Shown here one piece after another: positions 12,093-24,834 of a DNA stretch of 46,247 nucleotides. The DNA is taken from NCBI RefSeq assembly GCF_001194135.2, contig NC_068985.1, forward strand, positions 123,207,572 to 123,253,818, in the 5' to 3' direction. How positions within the stretch are numbered: position 1 is the stretch's first letter; every line of letters starts with the position of its first letter. The notes beneath the pieces were generated by a model. The model worked only from the letters and a program-made list of their open reading frames with translations. It searched no databases and had not been told where the DNA came from. Source of the stretch: Octopus bimaculoides. Taxonomy: Eukaryota. A program made the position numbers and the translations under genes.

Positions 12093-12303
12093 AATGGTTT
12101 CAAATTCTGGCACAAGGCCAGCTTGGGGGAGACGATAAGTCGATTATGTCGACCCCAGTGATCAACTGGTACTGATTATATCAGCCCGAAATGATGAAAG
12201 GCAAAGTCGACCGCGGCGGAATTTGAACTCAGGACGTAAGGAAAGACGAAATATCGCTAAGAACTTTGCCCAGCGAGTTAACGACCCTGCCAACTTACCG
12301 CCT
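12093..12303 (-). mobile_element. tRNA-derived SINE family B
   Basis: Plus strand ggcaaagtcgaccgcggcggaatttgaactcag...ctgccaacttaccgcct is the reverse complement of family B. Confidence 0.85.
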
Positions 12304-12954
12304 CGATTACTTGCAATAACAATTTTCATTTTACGCCAGTTTATAGTGTGAAGTTTTGTTTTACTTATAATTTTATAGCATAATCGTTTGTCTTTAGAAT
12401 TAACTTACTTTGATGTATAATACGTGTTAAATTATAGGTTCTTTACCTTCTTAAATTTGTTGCATTACTTCGTTGTTTATTTACATAGCTTATACAACTT
12501 GTATACACATTTTTGTTGGAATTCTTGTAGCCCCATCTAATCAATTTTCTTTTTCTAATGTACACGACTTAATGTCGCTGATATTCAATTTTTCCCATTT
12601 ACTGCCTGAGATTGTAATAGCATGGCTGCTATCAAACTAACTGCGACTATCATGTTTTAAAACTCCCAACCGTGTGTGCATTAAAAAATTGCAAAAGGGA
12701 GCATTTGATTCATGTTTTTAGTCGATATTGGATGTTTTTGTTTTTTCTTAATTTCTTTCTACGTTTAACTTCTAAAAGCGGCTTTTTTTTTCTATGTTGC
12801 TTTTGATGTTTATTTTGCTTAGATCAACGAATAGCACGATACAAGATTTCTAATATATATTAATTCCTACCTTTGAAATGGTACTATCGTAAGGGGTTAC
12901 TTCCATAATATATACATCATATACATACATACACACAAATATATATATATACAT

Positions 12955-14006
<1,052 letters not shown>

Positions 14007-14353
14007 CAGGACTTACTTATTCGGTTTACTTTCGCCTTGTTAAATTCTGATCCTATATAGAACCCACATATTAAACAATCCGAGGACTATAGACTTATTT
14101 ATAGAGAACATATCTAAATAATTTAGTCATTGACTCTAAAATTTCGAATAACACTACCATACACGTAGGTCCTATTAGCTAGCACTAATATCTTCAATAA
14201 TGTTTATAACAATTTTATACTAGTAACCATTAGTGGATAGGAACCTAGACACTTGTAACTTCATATAGCACTTCCTAAAAAATTAAAATAGGAGTATAGT
14301 AGAAGTTTCCCAATGACATATAATCTACACAAGTAGATAGACTTGAAATTTCT

Positions 14354-14418
14354 CCAATCACTATATTTTTCCAATCACTATATTTTTCCAATCACTATAT
14401 TTTTCCAATCACTATATT
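14354..14418 (+). repeat. 17-bp tandem repeat ccaatcactatattttt, about 3.8 copies
   Basis: Units start at 14354, 14371, 14388 and 14405. Confidence 0.95.
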
Positions 14419-14600
14419 ATTATTATTATTGTAATTTTTCTTCGTACTCTATTTTAAACTCCCATTTAATTTCCATCTCATTCTATTTTATTTTTTGCAT
14501 TTTAACTTTACTTTTAAACCCTTCATTTTATTTTTACCTCTTTGTAACCTATTATCATTTATCCTTTTCTGTATTTTGTCACGTATCTTTTATGCATTTC

Positions 14601-14969
14601 CAAATCTTTCAAGCTGATAACGCACCAGTTCACACAGCTAAAATTGTTACTAAATGGTACGAGGAACATTTTAGTGAAATTGAATATCTTATTTGGCCAA
14701 GAGTCCCCATTATTATTGAACATTTATGGTGCATTTTAGAAAAAACAAGTAAGGAGTCGATATCCTCCACCATCATCACTACAAGAACATGGAGATTGTT
14801 TTAGCTGAAGAACGGACAAAAATTCCTTTGGAAACAATTCAAACTTTTGTATGCGTCCATACCTCGTAGAATTCAAGCTGTAATTACTGCCAAAGGCAGT
14901 CCTGCTCCATATTAAAATAAATTTGTTTGAAATTTTAAGGTGTCTCCATTATTTTGTCCAACCCGTGTA
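14601..14969 (+). mobile_element. Tc1-type transposase C-terminal relic with 3' terminus
   Basis: IFQADNAPVHTAKIV..LIWP..IIEHLW then, after frameshifts, RYPPPSSL..IPRRIQAVITAKG. Ends ttttgtccaacccgtg followed by TA. Confidence 0.85.
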
Positions 14970-14989
14970 TATACACAACTATATGTACA

Positions 14990-15130
<141 letters not shown>

Positions 15131-15556
15131 CTCTATATGTGTGTGTGTCTGCTTTTATGAATAAATAAATAAATATGAGAGTTCCATTTCAACAAATAGT
15201 TTAGAATTTAGGTACAATTCATGAGAGTCTTCACGCATATCGATCTCTTTAAAAGTTCTTTTCAAACTTAACATTAAGTTAGTGTTCAAGTACTTTCTAT
15301 TCATCTCTTAGTCAAACACGAAAACAGTGCCTTTGAGTTTTTAGTTGCCTTTCGAGACCTGTAGGCAATCTCAAACCAGAAATCTGGTTGTAACAAAGGT
15401 GACTTTGTTAAAAGCGTTCAAGCTGGTGGTGTTAAACCGAGCGACAGATTAAATCTACCAACGAAACCATGGTGAAATTTGAACTCAGAACGCAGAGTCG
15501 GAACAAATACTGCAATACTGCAAAGCAACAACCGACATTATTACAAGCCATTTTAA

Positions 15557-15800
15557 GACGGCGAGCTGGCAAAGTCATTAGAAAGCCTGACAAAATACTT
15601 GGCGACATTTCGTCTGTCTTAACGTTCTGAGTTCTAATACCTCTAAAGTTAACTTTGCCTTTCATGCTTTCAGGGTCAACTTTGCCTATCGTGTTTTCAG
15701 GGTCGATAAAATAAGTATCAGTTATGCACTGTAGTTCATGTTATCGACTACTCCTCCCACCAAAATTTCGCGCCTTGTGCCGATGGTGGAAAGGATTTTT
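15557..15800 (+). mobile_element. SINE family B with short internal duplication
   Basis: gacggcgagctggcaaagtcattag head; aactttgcct...ttcagggtc occurs twice. Confidence 0.8.
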
Positions 15801-15919
15801 ACAGGTTATTCTGCTTCCGCCAGTTAGTGATTTTTTATCGACCTTGAAATGATGAAAGAAAAATTTGAACTCAGAGTACAGGGAATTGGAACAAACAAAT
15901 TTTGATACAGAAATAATTC

Positions 15920-16113
15920 TTTATAATTATAGTCCAATGCCAACAATTTTGAGGGGAGGGGTCAAGTCCATTACATCGACTCCAGTACTTGATTGGTATA
16001 TATTTTTTATCCATTCCGACTGAATGGAAGGAAAAGTCGACCTCCGCGAAATTTAAAGAAATGTCACTAAACATTTCGTCTGCCACGTTAACAATTTTGC
16101 TAGCACGTCAGCT
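15920..16113 (-). mobile_element. SINE family B, degenerate
   Basis: ttacatcgactccagtacttgattggta and ggaaaagtcgacctccgcgaaattt are family B motifs in reverse orientation. Confidence 0.7.
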
Positions 16114-16461
16114 TTGGTACAGGAGTAATAGGAAAATATCTAATTAGATATATGAAGCGATAAAGAAAACAATATTAGTCAATGACTAATATTATTTTTG
16201 TTATTTCAGCAAAAATAACTCGGACAGGTTTCGAAATTTAGGCCCCTTTCTAAATTAAATTTTATGATTTGAAAGTTCATACAGTTCCAATTATAGAGTT
16301 GAAAACTATAATTATTTTTCAGTCGATATTTCTCAATACAGCTTTATCTAACACTAATACATATAAAGATTTCTGAATCTGTATGGTATGTAAAAATTCA
16401 TACACACACTACACATCTACATATATAAGTGCTTGTGTGCTTGTATATGTATGTGTGTGTG

Positions 16462-16533
16462 TCCATCCATCCATCCATCCATCCATCCATCCATCCATTC
16501 ATCCGTCCATCCATCCATCCATCCATACATACA

Positions 16534-16590
<57 letters not shown>
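16462..16590. repeat. (CATC)n(CATA)n(TA)n microsatellite
   Basis: Read directly from the sequence. Confidence 0.95.
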
Positions 16591-16594
<4 letters not shown>

Positions 16595-16880
16595 TTGTTT
16601 AAAAGAGTTCCAACACTGTCTGTTTTTTATGTTTTATTTATATTCCTGCAGAACCAATGTGGGGTATAGAATATGGAATATACAATATATAATATAATAT
16701 ACAATATATAATATAAAAAAAATAAAATAAAAATGGATGGCACCATGAAAGAAAGTATTGAATGTAGGTGAAATATTGAGTGTTCAATATAAAGGATCAA
16801 ATATATAAATATATAAATATAAATATATAAAGGCGACTCGAGTTTCAGGGCTATTTCACTTCGTCATGGCCGGTATGACA
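16591..16880 (-). mobile_element. Young dispersed repeat family X, copy 2, with hammerhead-like motif at ~16832-16871
   Basis: Reverse complement of 1231-1460; helix II 5' strand is AGTG instead of AGGG. Confidence 0.85.
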
Positions 16881-17894
16881 GACTTTAACAGACAACCCTG
16901 TATTATAATTTTAAATAATTATTACCTTTGATGGTTTTTATTCCCATGCTGACCACTTGATAAGATCAATATTTTAAATACCGATCTTATCCTTATTTAT
17001 ATAAATACATTCATAGAGAGATGGATTATGAGCGAGAGAGATTAAGTAACAGTGAATGTCACTAGTAAAAGGAACGACGGAGAAAGAGGGACGATAAAAA
17101 TGGACAAATAGGACAAAGAGAAGACGGCAACAGAGGGAAAATATGTACGTACGTACAATGTGCTTATTAATTTACTATTTCTGCTACAGTCGACTAAGAG
17201 ACAAATACGGTACGTTGAAAGTTTTTTATTATATTAGTAAGCCATATTAAGTTAATCTAATATCTTTACGTACAATCAATTGCAGTCCAGTCTTGCTTGT
17301 GTATTGTGAAGTTGCAATAAATCATATTGTCGAAAGGAATCGATGTGTAAATGCTTTCAGAAATAGTATTACTTCATTACTGTACCTCTTTCTTTCTCTT
17401 TCCTCTCTTCTGTCTGTAAATGTGTGTGTGTGTGTGTGTGTATTCATACATTCATGCATGCACACATGCATTCACACATACATGCATACATACGTACATA
17501 AAAAACGTACATGCATACATGTGTATGCATGCATATACATATATACATATACATATACATACAAAACAATAATAAATGAGTATATGCATATATACGTACA
17601 AGTATACCTGCATCTACCTGTATATATAGGTGCATATATGGGTACAGCACGTTGCAAACAAAACGTAGACAACAAAATAACAATAACCAGAGTACAGAAA
17701 ACACACAGGCCACATAGAGAACCTTTTCCTTCATCAGCTGCCACAATTCTAACACAGGCGTTTCGAAGAGTTAGGGCAAGACGCATCGTTAAAATGGCTC
17801 TTCCCACGGACCACAAATTAAATTTGTACCATGGAGGAATGTAGTGGCGGACAGAAAACAAGACAGGAAAACAAACAGAAAAGGCTATACGGCC

Positions 17895-17960
<66 letters not shown>

Positions 17961-18114
17961 CAATTATAAATAAGGGCAAAAAGAAAATTCTTTGCCAACA
18001 TGCTGAAAAGTAGACGCTAAATCGTCTAATCACATAAATTATTTTCCCTTATATTATTACACCACGCATCGAAACGCGGAAAGCAAGCTAACAAAAATTC
18101 ATAAAAATATAGTT

Positions 18115-18181
18115 ATCCCCGAATCGGTTCTGATTTCTGGGTTAATCCAAAAAGCATTCTTCCATCATCATCAGCGAGGAT
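18115..18181 (-). ncRNA. Hammerhead-like motif in the 482-bp unit with an extra insert before helix II
   Basis: Minus strand reads ATCCTCG-CTGATGA-tgatggaagaatgctttt-TGGattaacCCA-GAAATCAG(aa)CCGATT-CGGGGAT: 7-bp helix I (one G-U), helix III, AUU site. Confidence 0.5.
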
Positions 18182-18204
18182 GAAAATAAAGGAAACACTT
18201 AGAC

Positions 18205-18514
18205 CCATTATTTACATTTGACTGACATTTATCCCCATCTTGTTTGTTGTTAACACAACGTTTCGGCTGATATACCCTCCAGCCTTCATCAGGTGTCCTG
18301 GGGAAATTTCGAATCTGGGATCTCATTCCTAAGGTTTTCGATGTTGTTGTTGTTATTATTATTATTATTATTATTATTCAGGTCACTGCCTGCAATCGAA
18401 CTCGGAATCTTAGGGTTAGTAGCCCGCGCTCTTAACAAGATGAGGACAAACATCCGTCATATATAAATAATGTAAATAATGTACATAATTCCTCATCTCT
18501 TAAATATAGAACTG
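18205..18514 (-). mobile_element. tRNA-headed, hammerhead-bearing SINE-like insertion with 11-bp TSD and inverted tail
   Basis: TSD aacacttagac at 18194-18204 and 18515-18525. tRNA-like head with B-box gagttcgatt (18378-18436, minus), (AAT)n(AAC)n spacer, HHR, and tail duplicated in inverted orientation at 18434-18514. Confidence 0.8.
18252..18297 (-). ncRNA. Minimal type I hammerhead ribozyme
   Basis: Minus strand reads gACAC-CTGATGA-a-GGCTG(gagggtatat)CAGCC-GAAAC-GTT-GTGTt: canonical core, 5-bp helix II, palindromic AACGTT helix III, 4-5-bp helix I, GUU site. Confidence 0.8.
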
Positions 18515-19355
18515 AACACTTAGACATACCCACGGAAAAGCAGACGCAAAGCCATGACTACATTTAAATACCCCAAATATATCCCAAATATAAATCCTGT
18601 AGCAAGTCTCGACAAAGTGTAGTCGGTCAGGAAACGCACACAAGTGATTAACCAGTCCCGAAGTGAATGAAAATCAATTTACTTCTAATATAACGATAAA
18701 ATTTTATTAAAAACTTTTATCCGTATAAAATTTTATTTAAAAATTTTATCAGTAATCAGCATATGAAAAATACTTTTTAAAGTGAAAATTATAAATGCAA
18801 TTATAAGGGCAAAAAGAAAAAAAATTTCTTTGCAAATATGGTGAAAAATAGACGCCAAATCGTCTAAGCTCATAAAATATTTTCACTTATATTATTACAC
18901 CACGCGGATTAATTCAGAAATCGGAACCGATTCGAGGATAACTATATTTTCATGAATTTCTGTTAGCTTGCTTTCCTCATTTCGACACGCGTTGTAATAA
19001 TAATAAGTGAAAATACTTTATCTGATTAAACGATTTAGCGTCTATTTTTCTGCATATTGGTAAAGAATTTTCTTTTTGCCATCATTTATAATTGTATTTC
19101 TAATTTTCACTTTAAGAGGTATCTTTCATATGCTGGCCACCGATATAATTTTTTAATAAAATTTTATCGTTATATTAGAAGTAAATTAATTCTCATTCAC
19201 TTCGGGAATGGTTAAACACTTGTGTGCGTTTCCTGGCCAACTACATTTGTGTCGAGGCTGGCTGCAGAATTTCTATTTGGATATATTTTGGGTACTTAAA
19301 TGTATTCATGACTTTACGTCTGCTTTTCTAACTGTTTCGTTTATTTTCATTTCCT

Positions 19356-19421
19356 GTTCTTCGCTGATGAAGGAAGAACCCTTTTTTGGATTAACCCAGA
19401 AATCGTAACCGATTCAGGGAT
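19356..19421 (+). ncRNA. Second hammerhead-like motif of the 482-bp unit
   Basis: ttcttcg-CTGATGA-aggaagaaccctttt-tTGGattaacCCA-GAAATCG(taac)CGATT-cagggat; helix I partly decayed. Confidence 0.45.
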
Positions 19422-19759
19422 AACTATATTTTTATGGATCTCTGTTAGCTTGCTTTCCTCGTTTTCACATGTGGTGTGATTATATAAGTGAAAATACTTT
19501 ATGTGGTTAGACGATTTAGCATAGACAATTTTTCAGCATATTGAAAAAGAAATTTTTTTCTTTTTGCTCTTATTTATAATTGCATTTATAATTTTCAACT
19601 TAAAAGGCATTTTTCATATGCTGATAACATTTTTTAATAAAATTTTGTCCTTATATTAGAAGTACACACACACGCACACACACACATACATACACACACG
19701 CGCACATACACACACATACACACATATACACACACATACACACACACACATGTATACGC

Positions 19760-19950
19760 TCTTTTACTGGTGTGTCAGTCATTGAACTGCCGCTACGCTG
19801 GAGCGCCATCTGATAGAGTTAATCGAAAAAAATCAACTATCATACATATTTTAATTCTGAAGCTTATTTTATCGGGCTATTTGCTGAAACGCTAAGTTAC
19901 AGGACGTAAACAAGTCAATACCGACTGTCAAACGGTGTGGGTAAACAACA
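19760..19950 (-). mobile_element. SINE family A 3' half, degenerate
   Basis: cagtcattgaactgccgctacgctggagcgcc and cgctaagttacaggacgtaaac are reverse-complement family A tail motifs. Confidence 0.65.
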
Positions 19951-20717
19951 CACACATATGCGCACGCAGACACACGCACACATACTTATAAACATACTTA
20001 TCTGTACATGTATTCATATACATAGATGCATAGACACATACTTATATATACATGTGTTCACTTACATAGATATATGATGGCTGTGATTCGATTTCGATCA
20101 ATTCGCTTGACAGTTCTTTCCAGTCCTACTAGGAACCTACTGTCTTTTGTACAGAAGTGGCAATGCTAGGCAACACTTGATGCATGTTTTCAGAAGGCTT
20201 ACCAGCCACACTGACACGCCTTCATTCCATCCTCAAATTTCTCATTGAGTGCTTTGTTTTTGCTTTTTTCGGTTACGAAAGTATGTAGCATGTCACAGAT
20301 ATATTAACAGATATATTAGAACTCAAGTGATGTCTATGCTCGAAACTTTTTATTGATAGAAAAGCCATGCACGATACCAATCTCTTTCTTTAAGCAAATT
20401 ATGCATTTTCCCAAAAAGAACTAGTCTGCAATATTCGATGCAAATGAAGTTTCGGTTTTTACTAGTGTCTTTTTCTTCGAGAGAGATGTCTATACAAGCA
20501 CTAGAGATTTTTCACTCCCAGCTGTTTGATGGCCGTTGACTCTGTTGAGTTAATCAGCCCTTGGATAGCTTTTGCTTTTCTTCCTGCAAGGTGTTCGACA
20601 AAGACTAACTTCCTTGCTATAAAGAATCCTCGTATGCTTGCAGTTTTAGTCCTCGACGTTCCGCCCATGCAACAGGTTGTATTGGGTTACACACACGCGC
20701 ACACAAACGTGTGTGTA

Positions 20718-20760
<43 letters not shown>

Positions 20761-23114
20761 ATGTATGTATGTATGTGTGTATGTATGTATGTAAATGTAA
20801 TAGTTGTTTCAAATCTCAGAGAACCTGTTTACATGTAGGTAATAAAATATCTCGTTTACACGTATATGCAGCACGACGCCATTGATAGTACAAGCACTAC
20901 TGCCTTCTCCTGCTCAAAGTCAAGAATCAATGTCCGCTCGATCATTCACATCGCAATACAAGCCTTGCAAATATAATTGACTCTAAATTACCTATTTCCT
21001 TGTGTCTAAATAAATTGTCACAATAGGAAGGAACATTCCACCGATGGATAATTTTATTTTACATAACTAACTTTATAATCTGCCATAGATAACAAGAAAT
21101 TTATTTAATTATCTAATTTATTGCCATATGCTTCTGTATTACAAACGAAATATTAAGCCTTCCCTCCAACGAATCCAACAAACTGTAATATAATTCTTAT
21201 TTTTATTATTTTATTTTATACTTTGTATACATTAGCTACCAGTTGTGAAAGTGAACTGTTAATATTTAGTATCATCAATTATCTGGTAACATTTACAAGA
21301 ATACTGTGGGCAAAATTTGTTAAGACAGATAAATTATTCGTATGAAAAATCATATATATGCATAAATTTAAACTTACATTCTGATTGAAGCAAATGCCTA
21401 AACAAAACTGTGTAGTAAGAGATATCCCATGTACACACACTCATACAATAGCGATAATAAATATATGTACATTTTTAATAACATGTGCATCGCTAAATTT
21501 CTCTGCTCGGAATTACAACATTGTAAATTACTGTCTGCACTCATTTTCCCAGCGGTTATAATATTGGACATGAAGTCATAATGTTAAACAGGAATCTAAA
21601 CAATGTATGAGAGTCTGAACAGATTATGAAAACCGTTTTTCTATTCTTTATTGTAATAAAGAAATAAAATAGATTGCTAAATCAGTACATATTCAAAATA
21701 CAGACTGCCTAATCGCAGGAGTGTATTGTATTACAGGTGCTGGGTTCTTGCGATGGCTAAAATACTTAACTCTCGCTCACTTAGTCGGCTCAGCCGCATA
21801 TGAACATCAAAGTTTGGAATCAGCGAAAGTACTATCCAATTACACTGATTAAGTATCACCAACAATGCAGAATTCAAATCCTTTGTCAAATTGACTTTGT
21901 GCATGATAACGTGTTTAAGAGGTGCGTATACAATCCAGTATAATTTGGAACTTCGTATTATTTTCAGTAGCAATTATTACAGTTTCCTATCCCGAGTCTA
22001 CAAAACATTAGACTTGGGTTCGTAAAGCCAATGAGGTATAATTATTTGACAAGACCCTCTTTAAAACAAAAAAATAGCCCTCACATGAGAAAGATCCCCC
22101 CCCCCCAATACCAATCAGTGCCCGAAAGCAATTTTGATACACCTAACAAGATTTTCCTTGCGATCTTCATTCCGATCGAAGCAATTTTCTGAAACATATC
22201 AAATTAACTCTATAGATTCCTTTGATTGAATTATCGAAAATTAGTCAACGCATGCAAAAAACATTCAGTTAAATAGCAATTACAGATAAAAGCAGGCCTC
22301 ATAGAAAATGTAATTAAACAAGATGATATGAAACTAAGCGTATGCCTATATTAAACGAGTTAACATAAACAGACATACAAATAACTTCTCCCGAGATGGT
22401 GTAACTTCTTTATTTAATATTAATACGAGTTTGTTTCTCTTAAGCTATATTGATTCACATTCACAGATTAATTTGCGAACATATTTTATGGAGTGGGATT
22501 TCAGGTGAGGAGTTAGGCCAAAAACAATATAACATTGCGGAATTGAATAAAAATTGACCATTAAAAAAATCATTACAGCAGAGAAATATGAAAGGAAAAT
22601 AGAATGATATACTACTGAGCAGGTAATCGTTTAATATTTGGCAATACTTCTGCACAGTGTTTCAGATAAATCTGACCGTACTTAATGTCGTGTTATCGCA
22701 ATAAATGTTAAAAATGGAAGACATACGAGGCTTACATATTTATTGACTTTTTCCATTTCATATAATTCATAGACTTCTTTCACTATGTCTCCTCGATCCG
22801 GAATAAACCATGGAAGCTGTATTATCAATCAATGCATCAAACCATGAACCAGACAATATATCAATCCTCTAGTCAATCAGTTCACACATACACACATGAA
22901 CACGAAGATACACATGCACACATATACCAAATATATAGACACTGAAAAAGGGACGTAGACACACAAACATAAATGTGCATGAAAGTATACACACACCTAT
23001 TCATATGTTTGTATGTGCATGCGTGTGATTACACTTACAGATAAATGTGTAATATGTATGCGTGTGTGTGTGTGTGAGTGTACACACACACACACACGCG
23101 CGCACACACATACA

Positions 23115-23153
<39 letters not shown>

Positions 23154-24004
23154 ACACATATATATATATATATATATNNNNNNNNNNNNNNNNNNNNNNN
23201 NNNNNNNNNNNNNNNNNNNNNNNNNNNNNNNNNNNNNNNNNNNNNNNNNNNNNNNNNNNNNNNNNNNNNNNNNNNNNNNNNNNNNNNNNNNNNNNNNNNN
23301 NNNNNNNNNNNNNNNNNNNNNNNNNNNNNNNNNNNNNNNNNNNNNNNNNNNNNNNNNNNNNNNNNNNNNNNNNNNNNNNNNNNNNNNNNNNNNNNNNNNN
23401 NNNNNNNNNNNNNNNNNNNNNNNNNNNNNNNNNNNNNNNNNNNNNNNNNNNNNNNNNNNNNNNNNNNNNNNNNNNNNNNNNNNNNNNNNNNNNNNNNNNN
23501 NNNNNNNNNNNNNNNNNNNNNNNNNNNNNNNNNNNNNNNNNNNNNNNNNNNNNNNNNNNNNNNNNNNNNNNNNNNNNNNNNNNNNNNNNNNNNNNNNNNN
23601 NNNNNNNNNNNNNNNNNNNNNNNNNNNNNNNNNNNNNNNNNNNNNNNNNNNNNNNNNNNNNNNNNNNNNNNNNNNNNNNNNNNNNCTTCCATAGTTATTA
23701 ATTTAAAAGTTAAAGCTTTCATATTCTATTCCTTCGAAAACAAAGCAAACTCGACTGAACTTAACTAATAATATAATTCTAAGTGAATTACTCTATTGTA
23801 TATCCCAGAAGTTAATAATTAAAACACTCCATACGGATTAATGTTAAACTTATACCAGTAGTTAATAGATAATACTAAAATATCGTTATTATATCAGAAA
23901 CTAATAAAAGGATACGTATAATTAACAATTATTATTAAAACCTATATGTATGTATGCATGTATGTATGTATGCATGTATGTATGTATGTATGTATGTATG
24001 TATG

Positions 24005-24801
24005 TATATGGAAACAACGCCGAAATACTAAAGAGTAGATCTATTCAATAAAATCGTCATTGGTTTCAATCAGACGTCTTCATTGGCCTCCAGACGACTT
24101 CGAAATCTCCTGCAACTCTTCTGGACGGTCTCCTTGTTTAAGTTGGTCAATGCTGCCATAACCCTTGCCTTCAGTTCATCTTTGGTGTTACAAGGAGTTT
24201 TGTTGGTCTCTCGCTCAACTGCGCCCCACACATAATAACCAAGGAGGTTGCAGTCTGGGGAGTCAAGTGGCCAGATGTTAGGAGTGGTGTGATCGCAGAT
24301 ATTGTTTGACAGCCACGACTGGGTTCTCTTGGTTGTGTGGTATGGTGCAGAGTTCTGTTACCAGCAGCCACCCTCTTGACCCAGGGCAGCACTACCTCCG
24401 CTAGCCACTTGATGTAAACCTACGTGCTGAGTGTGAGGCCATGTGGGAAGATGAATGGTGGCATAACGTCGCCATCATTAGTGATCGCTCCAAACATCAT
24501 AATGTTGATTTATGTTTGATTTTTTATCACTCTTTGCTACATGTCCTTAGATTGCACTGTCTTCAGATGGACAGCCAAAACACTCTGAAATGTTTGTATT
24601 GGAGCTTTCGGCGCGAATGCCAAGCAGTACAGCATGTCATTTCCAAATTTCTGGCAGAGTAAATTACGTCATGGTGCTGGCTTTTCCCCCAGACGGTGAC
24701 CAACTGACCCTACTATACTGTGTAGTCGACAAAATCAAAAACAATGTGCATGCGCAAAAATAAAAATATAAATGATGACAATTTACCTATCGCACCGTGT
24801 A
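24005..24801 (-). mobile_element. Internally deleted Tc1/mariner-superfamily transposon (maT/DD37D-like)
   Basis: Minus strand: TIR-like tacacggtgcgataggtaaattgtca, N-terminal EIWK*HAVLLGIRA, then MMFGAITNDGDVMPPFIFPHG..LPWVKRVA..IWPLDSPDCNLLGYYVWGAVERETNK..CRRFRSRLEA, with stops and deletions. Subfamily assignment is inference. Confidence 0.85.

Positions 24802-24834
<33 letters not shown>

Larger units (their letters stand above)
17956..19665. repeat. Head-to-head inverted array of a ~482-bp unit, symmetry junction near 18906
   Basis: GAAATCG at 18917 and 19399 gives a 482-bp period on the plus arm. 17956-18905 is its reverse complement once the 18205-18514 insertion is removed. Confidence 0.85.

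Noticed and set aside
17720-17775. Minus-strand GAAAC...CTGATGA read as a type II hammerhead
   Set aside because: No valid NUH cleavage triplet and no consistent helix I or II pairing.
18378-18436. tRNA gene
   Set aside because: Truncated before a complete D-arm with no full cloverleaf; it is a SINE head, as are the other B-box motifs in the window.
21737-21920. Plus-strand exon candidate after tattacag
   Set aside because: Stops occur in all frames before the best donor and the peptide is unrecognised.
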